From Eledone cirrhosa (Eukaryota): DNA of 64,000 nucleotides. The position numbers and the translations under genes were made by a program. A model generated the notes under the pieces. That model did not search any database. It was given only the letters and a program-made list of their open reading frames with translations, and had not been told where the DNA came from. The DNA is taken from the NCBI GenBank assembly GCA_964016885.1, contig OZ024743.1, positions 325,066,001-325,130,000 on the forward strand, written 5' to 3'. This document shows positions 51,201 through 64,000 of the stretch, one piece after another; position 1 is the stretch's first letter, and the number at the start of each line of letters is the position of its first letter.

Positions 51201-54200
51201 AGCTACAGACTTCTGTAGAGAGACAACAACAACATACAGTGTGTTGTAGCTACAGATCTCTGTAGAGAGACAACAACAATATACAGTGTGTTGTAGCTAC
51301 AGACCTCTGTAGAGAGACAACAACAATATACAGTGTGTTGTAGCTACAGACCTGTGTTGAGAGACAACAACAATATACAGTGTGTTGTAGCTACGGACTT
51401 CTGTAGAGAGACAACAACAATATACAGTGTGTTGTAGCTACAGACCTGTGTAGAGAGACAACAACAATATACAGTGTGTTGTAGCTACAGATCTCTGTAG
51501 AGAGACAACAACAATATACAGTGGGTTGTAGCTACAGACCTCTGTAGAGACAACAACAATATACAGTGTGTTGTAGCTACAGACCTCTGTAGAGAGACAA
51601 CAACAATATACAGTGTGTTGTAGCTACAGACCTGTGTAGAGGGACAACAACAATATACAGTGTGTTGTAGCTACAGACCTCTGTAGAGAGACAACAACAA
51701 TATACAGTGTGTTGTAGCTACAGACATCTGTAGAGAGACAACAACAATATACAGTGTGTTGTAGCTACAGACCGCTGTAGAGAGACAACAACAATATACA
51801 GTATGTTGTAGCTACAGACCTCTGTATTGAGACAACAATATACAGTGTGTTGTAGCTACAGACCTCTGTAGAGAGACAGCAATACACAGTGTGTTGTAGC
51901 TACAGACCTCTGTAGAGAGACAACAACAATATACAGTGTGTTGTAGCTACAGACCTCTGTAGAGAGACAACAACAATATACAGTGTGTTGTAGCTACAGA
52001 CCTCTGTAGAGAGACAACAACAATATACAGTGTGTTGTAGCTACAGACCTGTGTAGAGAGACAACAACAATATACAGTGTGTTGTAGCTACAGACCTCTG
52101 TAGAGAGACAACAATATACAGTGTGTTGTAGCTACAACCTCTGTAGAGAGACAATAATATACAGTGTGTTGTAGCTACAGACCTCTGTAGAGAGACAACA
52201 ACAATATACAGTGTGTTGTAGCTACAGACCTCTGTAGAGAGACAACAACAATATACAGTGTGTTGTAGCTACAGACCTCTGTAGAGAGACAACAACAATA
52301 TACAGTGTGTTGTAGCTACAGATCTCTGTAGAGAGACAACAACAATATACAGTGGGTTGTAGCTACAGACCTCTGTAGAGAGACAACAACAATATACAGT
52401 GTGTTGTAGCTACAGACCTCTGTAGAGAGACAACAACAATATACAGTGTGTTGTAGCTACAGACCTCTGTAGAGAGACAACAACAATATACAGTGTGTTG
52501 TAGCTACAGATCTCTGTAGAGAGACAACAACAATATACAGTGGGTTGTAGCTACAGACCTCTGTAGAGACAACAACAATATACAGTGTGTTGTAGCTACA
52601 GACCTCTTTAGAGAGACAACAATTTACAGTGTGTTGTAGCTACAGACCTCTGTAGAGAGACAATAATATACAGTGTGTTGTAGCTCAGACCTCTGTAGAG
52701 AGACAACAATATACAGTGTGTTGTAGCTACAGACCTCTGTAGAGAGACAACAACAATATACAGTGTGTTGTAGCTACAGACATCTGTAGAGAGACAACAA
52801 CAATATTCAGTGTGTTGTAGCTACAGACCTCTGTAGAGAGACAACAACAATATACAGTGTGTTGTAGCTACAGACCTCTGTAGAGAGACAACAACAATAT
52901 ACAGTGTGTTGTAGCTACAGACCTCTGTAGAGAGACAACAACAATATACAGTGTGTTGTAGCTACAGATCTCTGTAGGGAGACAATAATATATAGTGTGT
53001 TGTAGCTACAGACCTCTGTAGAGAGACAACAACAATACACAGTGTGTTGTAGCTACAGACCTCTGTAGAGAGACGACAACAATATACAGTGTGTTGTAGC
53101 TACAGACCTCTGTAGAGAGACAACAACAATATACAGTGTGTTGTAGCTACAGACCTCTGTAGAGAGACAACAACAATATACAGTGTGTTGTAGCTACAGA
53201 CCTCTGTAGAGAGACAACAACAATATACAGTGTGTTGTAGCTACAGACCTCTGTAGAGAGACAACAACAATATACAGTGTGTTGTAGCTACAGACCTCTG
53301 TAGAGAGACAACAACAATATACAGTGTGTTGTAGCTACAGATCTCTGTAGAGAGACAACAACAATATACAGTGTGTTGTAGCTACAGACCTCTGTAGAGA
53401 GACAACAACAATATACAGTGTGTTGTAGCTACAGATCTCTGTAGGGAGACAATAATATATAGTGTGTTGTAGCTACAGACCTCTGTAGAGAGACAACAAC
53501 AATACACAGTGTGTTGTAGCTACAGACCTCTGTAGAGAGACGACAACAATATACAGTGTGTTGTAGCTACAGACCTCTGTAGAGAGACAACAACAATATA
53601 CAGTGTGTTGTAGCTACAGACCTCTGTAGAGAGACAACAACAATATACAGTGTGTTGTAGCTACAGACCTCTGTAGAGAGACAACAACAATATACAGTGT
53701 GTTGTAGCTACAGACCTCTGTAGAGAGACAGCAATATACAGTGTGTTGTAGCTACAGACCTCTGTAGAGAGACAACAACAATATACAGTGAGTTTTAGCT
53801 ACAGACCTCTGTAGAGAGACAACAACAATATACAGTGTGTTGTAGCTACAGACCGCTGTAGAGAGACAACAACAATATACAGTGTGTTGTAGCTACAGAC
53901 CTCTGCATTGAGACAACAATATACAGTGTGTTGTAGCTACAGACCTCTGTAGAGAGACAACAACAATATACAGTGTGTTGTAGCTACAGACCTCTGTAGA
54001 GAGACAATAATATACAGTGTGTTGTAGCTACAGACCTCTGTAGAGAGACAACAACAATATACAGTGTGTTGTAGCTACAGACCTCTGTAGAGAGACAACA
54101 ACAATATACAGTGTGTTGTAGCTACAGACCTGTGTAGAGAGACAACAACAATATACAGTGTGTTGTAGCTACAGACTTCTGTAGAGAGACAACAACAATA

Positions 54201-57200
54201 TACAGTGTGTTGTAGCTACAGACATCTGTAGAGAGACAACAACAATATACAGTGTGTTGTAGCTACAGACCTGTGTAGAGAGACAACAGCAATATACAGT
54301 GTGTTGTAGCTACAGATCTCTGTAGAAAGACAACAACAATATACAGTGGGTTGTAGCTACAGACCTCTGTAGAGACAACAACAATATACAGTGTGTTGTA
54401 GCTACAGACCTCTGTAGAGAGACAACAACAATATACAGTGTGTTGTAGCTACAGATCTCTGTAGAGAGACAACAACAATATACAGTGGGTTGTAGCTACA
54501 GACCTCTGTAGAGAGACAACAACAATATACAGTGTGTTGTAGCTACAGACCTCTTTAGAGAGACAACAATATACAGTGTGTTGTAGCTACAGACCTCTGT
54601 AGAGAGACAATAATATACAGTGTGTTGTAGCTACAGACCTCTGTAGAGAGACAACAATATACAGTGTGTTGTAGCGACAGACCTCTGTAGAGAGACAACA
54701 ACAATATACAGTGTGTTGTAGCTACAGACATCTATAGAGAGACAACAACAATTTACAGTGTGTTGTAGCTACAGACCTCTGTAGAGAGACAACAACAATA
54801 TACAGTGTGTTGTAGCTACAGACCTCTGTAGAGAGACAACAACAATATACAGTGTGTTGTAGCTACAGATCTCTGTAGAGAGACAACAACAATATACAGT
54901 GGGTTGTAGCTACTGACCTCTGTAGAGACAACAACAATATACAGTGTGTTGTAGCTACAGACCTCTTTAGAGAGACAACAATATACAGTGTGTTGTAGCT
55001 ACAGATCTCTGTAGAGAGACAATAATATACAGTGTGTTGTAGCTACAGACCTCTGTAGAGAGACAACAATATACAGTGTGTTGTAGCTACAGACCTCTGT
55101 AGAGAGACAACAACAATATACAGTGTGTTGTAGCTACAGACATCTGTAGAGAGACAACAACAATATACACTGTGTTGTAGCTACAGACCTCTGTAGAGAG
55201 ACAACAACAATATACAGTGTGTTGTAGCTACAGACCTCTGTAGAGAGACAACAACAATATACAGTGTGTTGTAGCTACAGACCTCTGTAGAGAGACAACA
55301 ACACTATACAGTGTGTTGTAGCTACAGATCCCTGTAGAGAGACGACAACAATATACAGTGTGTTGTAGCTACAGAACTCTGTAGAGAGACAACAACAATA
55401 TACAGTGTGTTGTAGCTACAGACCTCTGTAGAGAGACAACAACAATATACAGTGTGTTGTAGCTACAGACCTCTGTAGAGAGACAACAACAATATACAGT
55501 GTGTTGTAGCTACAGACCTCTGTAGAGAGACAGCAATATACAGTGTGTTGTAGCTACAGACCTCTGTAGAGAGACAACAATATACAGTGTGTTGTAGCTA
55601 CAGACCTGTGTAGAGAGACAACAACAATATACAGTGTGTTGTAGCTACAGACCTCTGTAGAGAGACAACGATATACAGTGTGTTGTAGCTACAGACCTGT
55701 GTAGAGAGACAACAACAATATACAGTGTGTTGTAGCTACAGACCTCTGTAGAGAGACAACAACAATATACAGTGAGTTTTAGCTACAGACCTCTGTAGAG
55801 AGACAACAACAATATACAGTGTGTTGTAGCTACAGACCTCTGCATTGAGACAACAATATACAGTGTGTTGTAGCTACAGACCTCTGTAGAGAGACAACAA
55901 CAATATACAGTGTGTTGTAGCTACAGACCTCTGTAGAGAGTCAATAATATACAGTGTGTTGTAGCTACAGACTTCTGTAGAGAGACAACAACAATATACA
56001 GTGTGTTGTAGCTACAGACATCTGTAGAGAGACAACAACAATATACAGTGTGTTGTAGCTACATACCTGTGTAGAGAGACAACAGCAATATACAGTGTGT
56101 TGTAGCTACAGATCTCTGTAGAGAGACAACAACAATATACAGTGGGTTGTAGCTACAGACCTCTGTAGAGACAACAACAATATACAGTGTGTTGTAGCTA
56201 CAGACCTCTGTAGAGAGACAACAATACACAGTGTGTTGTAGCTACAGACCTCTGTAGAGAGACAACAACAATATACAGTGTGTTGTAGCTACAGACCTCT
56301 GTAGAGAGACAACAACAATATACAGTGTGTTGTAGCTACAGACCTCTGTAGAGAGACAACAACAATATACAGTGTGTTGTAGCTACAGACCTGTGTAGAG
56401 AGACAACAACAATATACAGTGTGTTGTAGCTACAGACATCTGTAGTGAGACAACAACAATATACAGTGTGTTGTAGCTACAGACCTGTGTAGAGAGACAA
56501 CAACAATATACAGTGTGTTGTAGCTACAGATCTCTGTAGAGAGACAACAACAATATACAGTGGGTTGTAGCTACAGACCTCTGTAGAGAGACAACAATAT
56601 ACAGTGTGTTGTAGCTACAGACCTCTGTAGAGAGGCAATAATATACAGTGTGTTGTAGCTACAGACCTCTGTAGAGAGACAACAACAATATACAGTGTGT
56701 TGTAGCTACAGACCTCTGTAGAGAGACAATAATATACAGTGTGTTGTAGCTACAGACCTCTGTAGAGAGACAACAACAATATACAGTGTGTTGTAGCTAC
56801 AGACCTGTGTAGAGAGACAACAACAATATACAGTGTGTTGTAGCTACAGACCTGTGTAGAGAGACAACAACAATATACAGTGTGTTGTAGCTACAGACCT
56901 CTGTAGAGAGACAATAATATACAGTGTGTTGTAGCTACAGACCTCTGTAGGGAGACAACAACAATATACAGTGTGTTGTAGCTACAGACCTCTGTAGAGA
57001 GACAACAACAATATACAGTGTGTTGTAGCTACAGATCTCTGTAGAGAGACAACAACAATATACAGTGTGTTGTAGCTACAGACTTCTGTAGAGAGACAAC
57101 AACAATATACAGTGTGTTGTAGCTACAGACCTCTGTAGAGAGACAACAACAATATACAGTGTGTTGTAGCTACAGACCTCTGTAGAGAGACAGCAATATA

Positions 57201-60200
57201 CAGTGGGTTGTAGCTACAGACCTCTGTAGAGAGACAACAATATACAGTGTGTTGTAGCTACAGACCTCTGTAGAGAGACAACAACAATATACAGTGTGTT
57301 GTAGCTACAGATCTCTGTAGAGAGACAACAACAATATACAGTGTGTTGTAGCTACAGACCTCTGTAGAGAGACAACAACAATATACAGTGTGTTGTAGCT
57401 ACAGACCTCTGTAGAGAGACAACAACAATATACAGTGTGTTGTAGCTACAGACCTCTGTAGAGAGACAACAACAATATACAGTGTGTTGTAGCTACAGAC
57501 CTGTGTAGAGAGACAACAACAATATACAGTGTGTTGTAGCTACAGACATCTGTAGAGAGACAACAACAATATACAGTGTGTTGTAGCTACAGACCTGTGT
57601 AGAGAGACAACAACAATATACAGTGTGTTGTAGCCACAGATCTCTGTAGAGAGACAACAACAATATACAGTGGGTTGTAGCTACAGACCTCTGTAGAGAC
57701 AACAACAATATACAGTGTGTTGTAGCTACAGACCTCTGTAGAGAGACAACAATATACAGTGTGTTGTAGCTACAGACCTCTGTAGAGAGGCAATAATATA
57801 CAGTGTGTTGTAGCTACAGACCTCTGTAGAGAGACAACAACAATATACAGTGTGTTGTAGCTACAGACCTCTTTAGAGAGACAACAATATACAGTGTGTT
57901 GTAGCTACAGACCTCTGTAGAGAGACAATAATATACAGTGTGTTGTAGCTACAGACCTCTGTAGAGAGACAACAATATACAGTGTGTTGTAGCTACAGAC
58001 CTCTGTAGAGAGACAACAACAATATACAGTGTGTTGTAGCTACAGACATCTGTAGAGAGACAACAACAATATACACTGTGTTGTAGCTACAGACCTCTGT
58101 AGAGAGACAACAACAATATACAGTGTGTTGTAGCTACAGACCTCTGTAGAGAGACAACAACAATATACAGTGTGTTGTAGCTACAGACCTCTGTAGAGAG
58201 ACAACAACAATATACAGTGTGTTGTAGCTACAGATCCCTGTAGAGAGACGACAACAATATACAGTGTGTTGTAGCTACAGACCTCTGTAGAGAGACAACA
58301 ACAATATACAGTGTGTTGTAGCTACAGACCTCTGTAGAGAGACAACAACAATATACAGTGTGTTGTAGCTACAGACCTCTGTAGAGAGACAACAACAATA
58401 TACAGTGTGTTGTAGCTACAGACCTCTGTAGAGAGACAGCAATATACAGTGTGTTGTAGCTACAGACCTCTGTAGAGAGACAACAATATACAGTGTGTTG
58501 TAGCTACAGACCTGTGTAGAGAGACAACAACAATATACAGTGTGTTGTAGCTACAGACCTGTGTAGAGAGACAACAACAATATACAGTGTGTTGTAGCTA
58601 CAGACCTCTGTAGAGAGACAACAACAATATACAGTGAGTTTTAGCTACAGACCTCTGTAGAGAGACAACAACAATATACAGTGTGTTGTAGCTACAGACC
58701 TCTGCATTGAGACAACAATATACAGTGTGTTGTAGCTACAGACCTCTGTAGAGAGACAACAACAATATACAGTGTGTTGTAGCTACAGACCTGTGTAGAG
58801 AGACAACAACAATATACAGTGTGTTGTAGCTACAGACTTCTGTAGAGAGACAACAACAATATACAGTGTGTTGTAGCTACAGACATCTGTAGAGAGACAA
58901 CAACAATATACAGTGTGTTGTAGCTACAGACCTGTGTAGAGAGACAACAGCAATATACAGTGTGTTGTAGCTACAGATCTCTGTAGAAAGACAACAACAA
59001 TATAGTGTGGGTTGTAGCTACAGACCTCTGTAGAGACAACAACAATATACAGTGTGTTGTAGCTACAGACCTCTGTAGAGAGACAACAACAATATACAGT
59101 GTGTTGTAGCTACAGATCTCTGTAGAGAGACAACAACAATATACAGTGGGTTGTAGCTACAGACCTCTGTAGAGAGACAACAACAATATACAGTGTGTTG
59201 TAGCTACAGACCTCTTTAGAGAGACAACAATATACAGTGTGTTGTAGCTACAGACCTCTGTAGAGAGACAATAATATACAGTGTGTTGTAGCTACAGACC
59301 TCTGTAGAGAGACAACAATATACAGTGTGTTGTAGCGACAGACCTCTGTAGAGAGACAACAACAATATACAGTGTGTTGTAGCTACAGACATCTATAGAG
59401 AGACAACAACAATTTACAGTGTGTTGTAGCTACAGACCTCTGTAGAGAGACAACAACAATATACAGTGTGTTGTAGCTACAGACCTCTGTAGAGAGACAA
59501 CAACAATATACAGTGTGTTGTAGCTACAGATCTCTGTAGAGAGACAACAACAATATACAGTGGGTTGTAGCTACAGACCTCTGTAGAGACAACAACAATA
59601 TACAGTGTGTTGTAGCTACAGACCTCTTTAGAGAGACAACAATATACAGTGTGTTGTAGCTACAGATCTCTGTAGAGAGACAATAATATACAGTGTGTTG
59701 TAGCTACAGACCTCTGTAGAGAGACAACAATATACAGTGTGTTGTAGCTACAGACCTCTGTAGAGAGACAACAACAATATACAGTGTGTTGTAGCTACAG
59801 ACATCTGTAGAGAGACAACAACAATATACACTGTGTTGTAGCTACAGACCTCTGTAGAGAGACAACAACAATATACAGTGTGTTGTAGCTACAGACCTCT
59901 GTAGAGAGACAACAACAATATACAGTGTGTTGTAGCTACAGACCTCTGTAGAGAGACAACAACAATATACAGTGTGTTGTAGCTACAGATCCCTGTAGAG
60001 AGACGACAACAATATACAGTGTGTTGTAGCTACAGAACTCTGTAGAGAGACAACAACAATATACAGTGTGTTGTAGCTACAGACCTCTGTAGAGAGACAA
60101 CAACAATATACAGTGTGTTGTAGCTACAGACCTCTGTAGAGAGACAACAACAATATACAGTGTGTTGTAGCTACAGACCTCTGTAGAGAGACAGCAATAT

Positions 60201-63200
60201 ACAGTGTGTTGTAGCTACAGACCTCTGTAGAGAGACAACAATATACAGTGTGTTGTAGCTACAGACCTGTGTAGAGAGACAACAACAATATACAGTGTGT
60301 TGTAGCTACAGACCTCTGTAGAGAGACAACGATATACAGTGTGTTGTAGCTACAGACCTGTGTAGAGAGACAACAACAATATACAGTGTGTTGTAGCTAC
60401 AGACCTCTGTAGAGAGACAACAACAATATACAGTGAGTTTTAGCTACAGACCTCTGTAGAGAGACAACAACAATATACAGTGTGTTGTAGCTACAGACCT
60501 CTGCATTGAGACAACAATATACAGTGTGTTGTAGCTACAGACCTCTGTAGAGAGACAACAACAATATACAGTGTGTTGTAGCTACAGACCTCTGTAGAGA
60601 GTCAATAATATACAGTGTGTTGTAGCTACAGACTTCTGTAGAGAGACAACAACAATATACAGTGTGTTGTAGCTACAGACATCTGTAGAGAGACAACAAC
60701 AATATACAGTGTGTTGTAGCTACATACCTGTGTAGAGAGACAACAGCAATATACAGTGTGTTGTAGCTACAGATCTCTGTAGAGAGACAACAACAATATA
60801 CAGTGGGTTGTAGCTACAGACCTCTGTAGAGACAACAACAATATACAGTGTGTTGTAGCTACAGACCTCTGTAGAGAGACAACAATACACAGTGTGTTGT
60901 AGCTACAGACCTCTGTAGAGAGACAACAACAATATACAGTGTGTTGTAGCTACAGACCTCTGTAGAGAGACAACAACAATATACAGTGTGTTGTAGCTAC
61001 AGACCTCTGTAGAGAGACAACAACAATATACAGTGTGTTGTAGCTACAGACCTGTGTAGAGAGACAACAACAATATACAGTGTGTTGTAGCTACAGACCT
61101 GTGTAGAGAGACAACAACAATATACAGTGTGTTGTAGCTACAGATCTCTGTAGAGAGACAACAACAATATACAGTGGGTTGTAGCTACAGACCTCTGTAG
61201 AGAGACAACAATATACAGTGTGTTGTAGCTACAGACCTCTGTAGAGAGGCAATAATATACAGTGTGTTGTAGCTACAGACCTCTGTAGAGAGACAACAAC
61301 AATATACAGTGTGTTGTAGCTACAGACCTCTGTAGAGAGACAATAATATACAGTGTGTTGTAGCTACAGACCTCTGTAGAGAGACAACAACAATATACAG
61401 TGTGTTGTAGCTACAGACCTGTGTAGAGAGACAACAACAATATACAGTGTGTTGTAGCTACAGACCTGTGTAGAGAGACAACAACAATATACAGTGTGTT
61501 GTAGCTACAGACCTCTGTAGAGAGACAACAATATACAGTGTGTTGTAGCTACAGACCTCTGTAGAGAGACAACAACAATATACAGTGTGTTGTAGCTACA
61601 GATCTCTGTAGAGAGACAACAACAATATACAGTGTGTTGTAGCTACAGACCTCTGTAGAGAGACAACAACAATATACAGTGTGTTGTAGCTACAGACCTC
61701 TGTAGAGAGACAACAACAATATACAGTGTGTTGTAGCTACAGACCTCTGTAGAGAGACAACAACAATATACAGTGTGTTGTAGCTACAGACCTGTGTAGA
61801 GAGACAACAACAATATACAGTGTGTTGTAGCTACAGACATCTGTAGAGAGACAACAACAATATACAGTGTGTTGTAGCTACAGACCTGTGTAGAGAGACA
61901 ACAACAATATACAGTGTGTTGTAGCTACAGATCTCTGTAGAGAGACAACAACAATATACAGTGGGTTGTAGCTACAGACCTCTGTAGAGACAACAACAAT
62001 ATACAGTGTGTTGTAGCTACAGACCTCTGTAGAGAGACAACAATATACAGTGTGTTGTAGCTACAGACCTCTGTAGAGAGGCAATAATATACAGTGTGTT
62101 GTAGCTACAGACCTCTGTAGAGAGACAACAACAATATACAGTGTGTTGTAGCTACAGACCTCTTTAGAGAGACAACAATATACAGTGTGTTGTAGCTACA
62201 GACCTCTGTAGAGAGACAATAATATACAGTGTGTTGTAGCTACAGACCTCTGTAGAGAGACAACAATATACAGTGTGTTGTAGCTACAGACCTCTGTAGA
62301 GAGACAACAACAATATACAGTGTGTTGTAGCTACAGACATCTGTAGAGAGACAACAACAATATACACTGTGTTGTAGCTACAGACCTCTGTAGAGAGACA
62401 ACAACAATATACAGTGTGTTGTAGCTACAGACCTCTGTAGAGAGACAACAACAATATACAGTGTGTTGTAGCTACAGACCTCTGTAGAGAGACAACAACA
62501 ATATACAGTGTGTTGTAGCTACAGATCCCTGTAGAGAGACGACAACAATATACAGTGTGTTGTAGCTACAGACCTCTGTAGAGAGACAACAACAATATAC
62601 AGTGTGTTGTAGCTACAGACCTCTGTAGAGAGACAACAACAATATACAGTGTGTTGTAGCTACAGACCTCTGTAGAGAGACAACAACAATATACAGTGTG
62701 TTGTAGCTACAGACCTCTGTAGAGAGACAGCAATATACAGTGTGTTGTAGCTACAGACCTCTGTAGAGAGACAACAATATACAGTGTGTTGTAGCTACAG
62801 ACCTGTGTAGAGAGACAACAACAATATACAGTGTGTTGTAGCTACAGACCTGTGTAGAGAGACAACTACAATATACAGTGTGTTGTAGCTACAGACCTCT
62901 GTAGAGAGACAACAACAATATACAGTGAGTTTTAGCTACAGACCTCTGTAGAGAGACAACAACAATATACAGTGTGTTGTAGCTACAGACCTCTGCATTG
63001 AGACAACAATATACAGTGTGTTGTAGCTACAGACCTCTGTAGAGAGACAACAACAATATACAGTGTGTTGTAGCTACAGACCTCTGTAGAGAGACAATAA
63101 TATACAGTGTGTTGTAGCTACAGACCTCTGTAGAGAGACAACAACAATATACAGTGTGTTGTAGCTACAGACCTCTGTAGAGAGACAACAACAATATACA

Positions 63201-64000
63201 GTGTGTTGTAGCTACAGACCTGTGTAGAGAGACAACAACAATATACAGTGTGTTGTAGCTACAGACTTCTGTAGAGAGACAACAACAACAATATACAGTG
63301 TGTTGTAGCTACAGACATCTGTAGAGAGACAACAACAATATACAGTGTGTTGTAGCTACATACCTGTGTAGAGAGACAACAGCAATATACAGTGTGTTGT
63401 AGCTACAGATCTCTGTAGAGAGACAACAACAATATACAGTGGGTTGTAGCTACAGACCTCTGTAGAGACAACAACAATATACAGTGTGTTGTAGCTACAG
63501 ACCTCTGTAGAGAGACAACAATACACAGTGTGTTGTAGCTACAGACCTCTGTAGAGAGACAACAACAATATACAGTGTGTTGTAGCTACAGACCTCTGTA
63601 GAGAGACAACAACAATATACAGTGTGTTGTAGCTACAGACCTCTGTAGAGAGACAACAACAATATACAGTGTGTTGTAGCTACAGACCTGTGTAGAGAGA
63701 CAACAACAATATACAGTGTGTTGTAGCTACAGACATCTGTAGAGAGACAACAACAATATACAGTGTGTTGTAGCTACAGACCTGTGTAGAGAGACAACAA
63801 CAATATACAGTGTGTTGTAGCTACAGATCTCTGTAGAGAGACAACAACAATATACAGTGGGTTGTAGCTACAGACCTCTGTAGAGACAACAACAATATAC
63901 AGTGTGTTGTAGCTACACACCTCTGTAGAGAGACAACAATATACAGTGTGTTGTAGCTACAGACCTCTGTAGAGAGGCAATAATATACAGTGTGTTGTAG
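18270..64000. repeat. 47-bp satellite array (CAGTGTGTTGTAGCTACAGACCTCTGTAGAGAGACAACAACAATATA), roughly 980 monomers, running off the window end
   Basis: Period of 47 (18491 to 18538). 44-bp (minus CAA), 45-bp (minus GA) and rare 46/50-bp variants. Single orientation, no insertions seen. Confidence 0.99.

Noticed and set aside
31687-57708. Short Cys-rich ORFs in the 47-bp satellite (31687-31941, 57493-57708)
   Set aside because: Chance stop avoidance caused by indel or substitution variants.
18270-64000. CRISPR-like array of palindromic repeats
   Set aside because: Monomers are head-to-tail with no unique spacers, there are no cas genes, and the context is eukaryotic.

Overview
Eukaryotic, AT-rich animal genomic DNA. 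The SINE families look like those of coleoid cephalopods (Octopus-like); that assignment is an inference from memory, not a search. Bases 1-18.3 kb hold a probable terminal coding exon of an unidentified + strand gene (1613-1911), many decayed tRNA-derived SINEs and RTE-like tail fragments, two MITE-like elements, a 122-bp near-perfect palindrome, and a 5'-truncated, disrupted CR1/L2-type LINE on the - strand (ORF1 remnant, APE endonuclease, reverse transcriptase). They also hold several unrelated tandem arrays (19/20, 43, 49 and 22 bp units). From 18270 to the window end (>45.7 kb) lies one uninterrupted 47-bp satellite with nested dyad symmetry and multi-kb higher-order duplications. I found no prokaryotic system, CRISPR array or intact novel gene cluster. 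The most notable signals concern satellite architecture and how these arrays arose.
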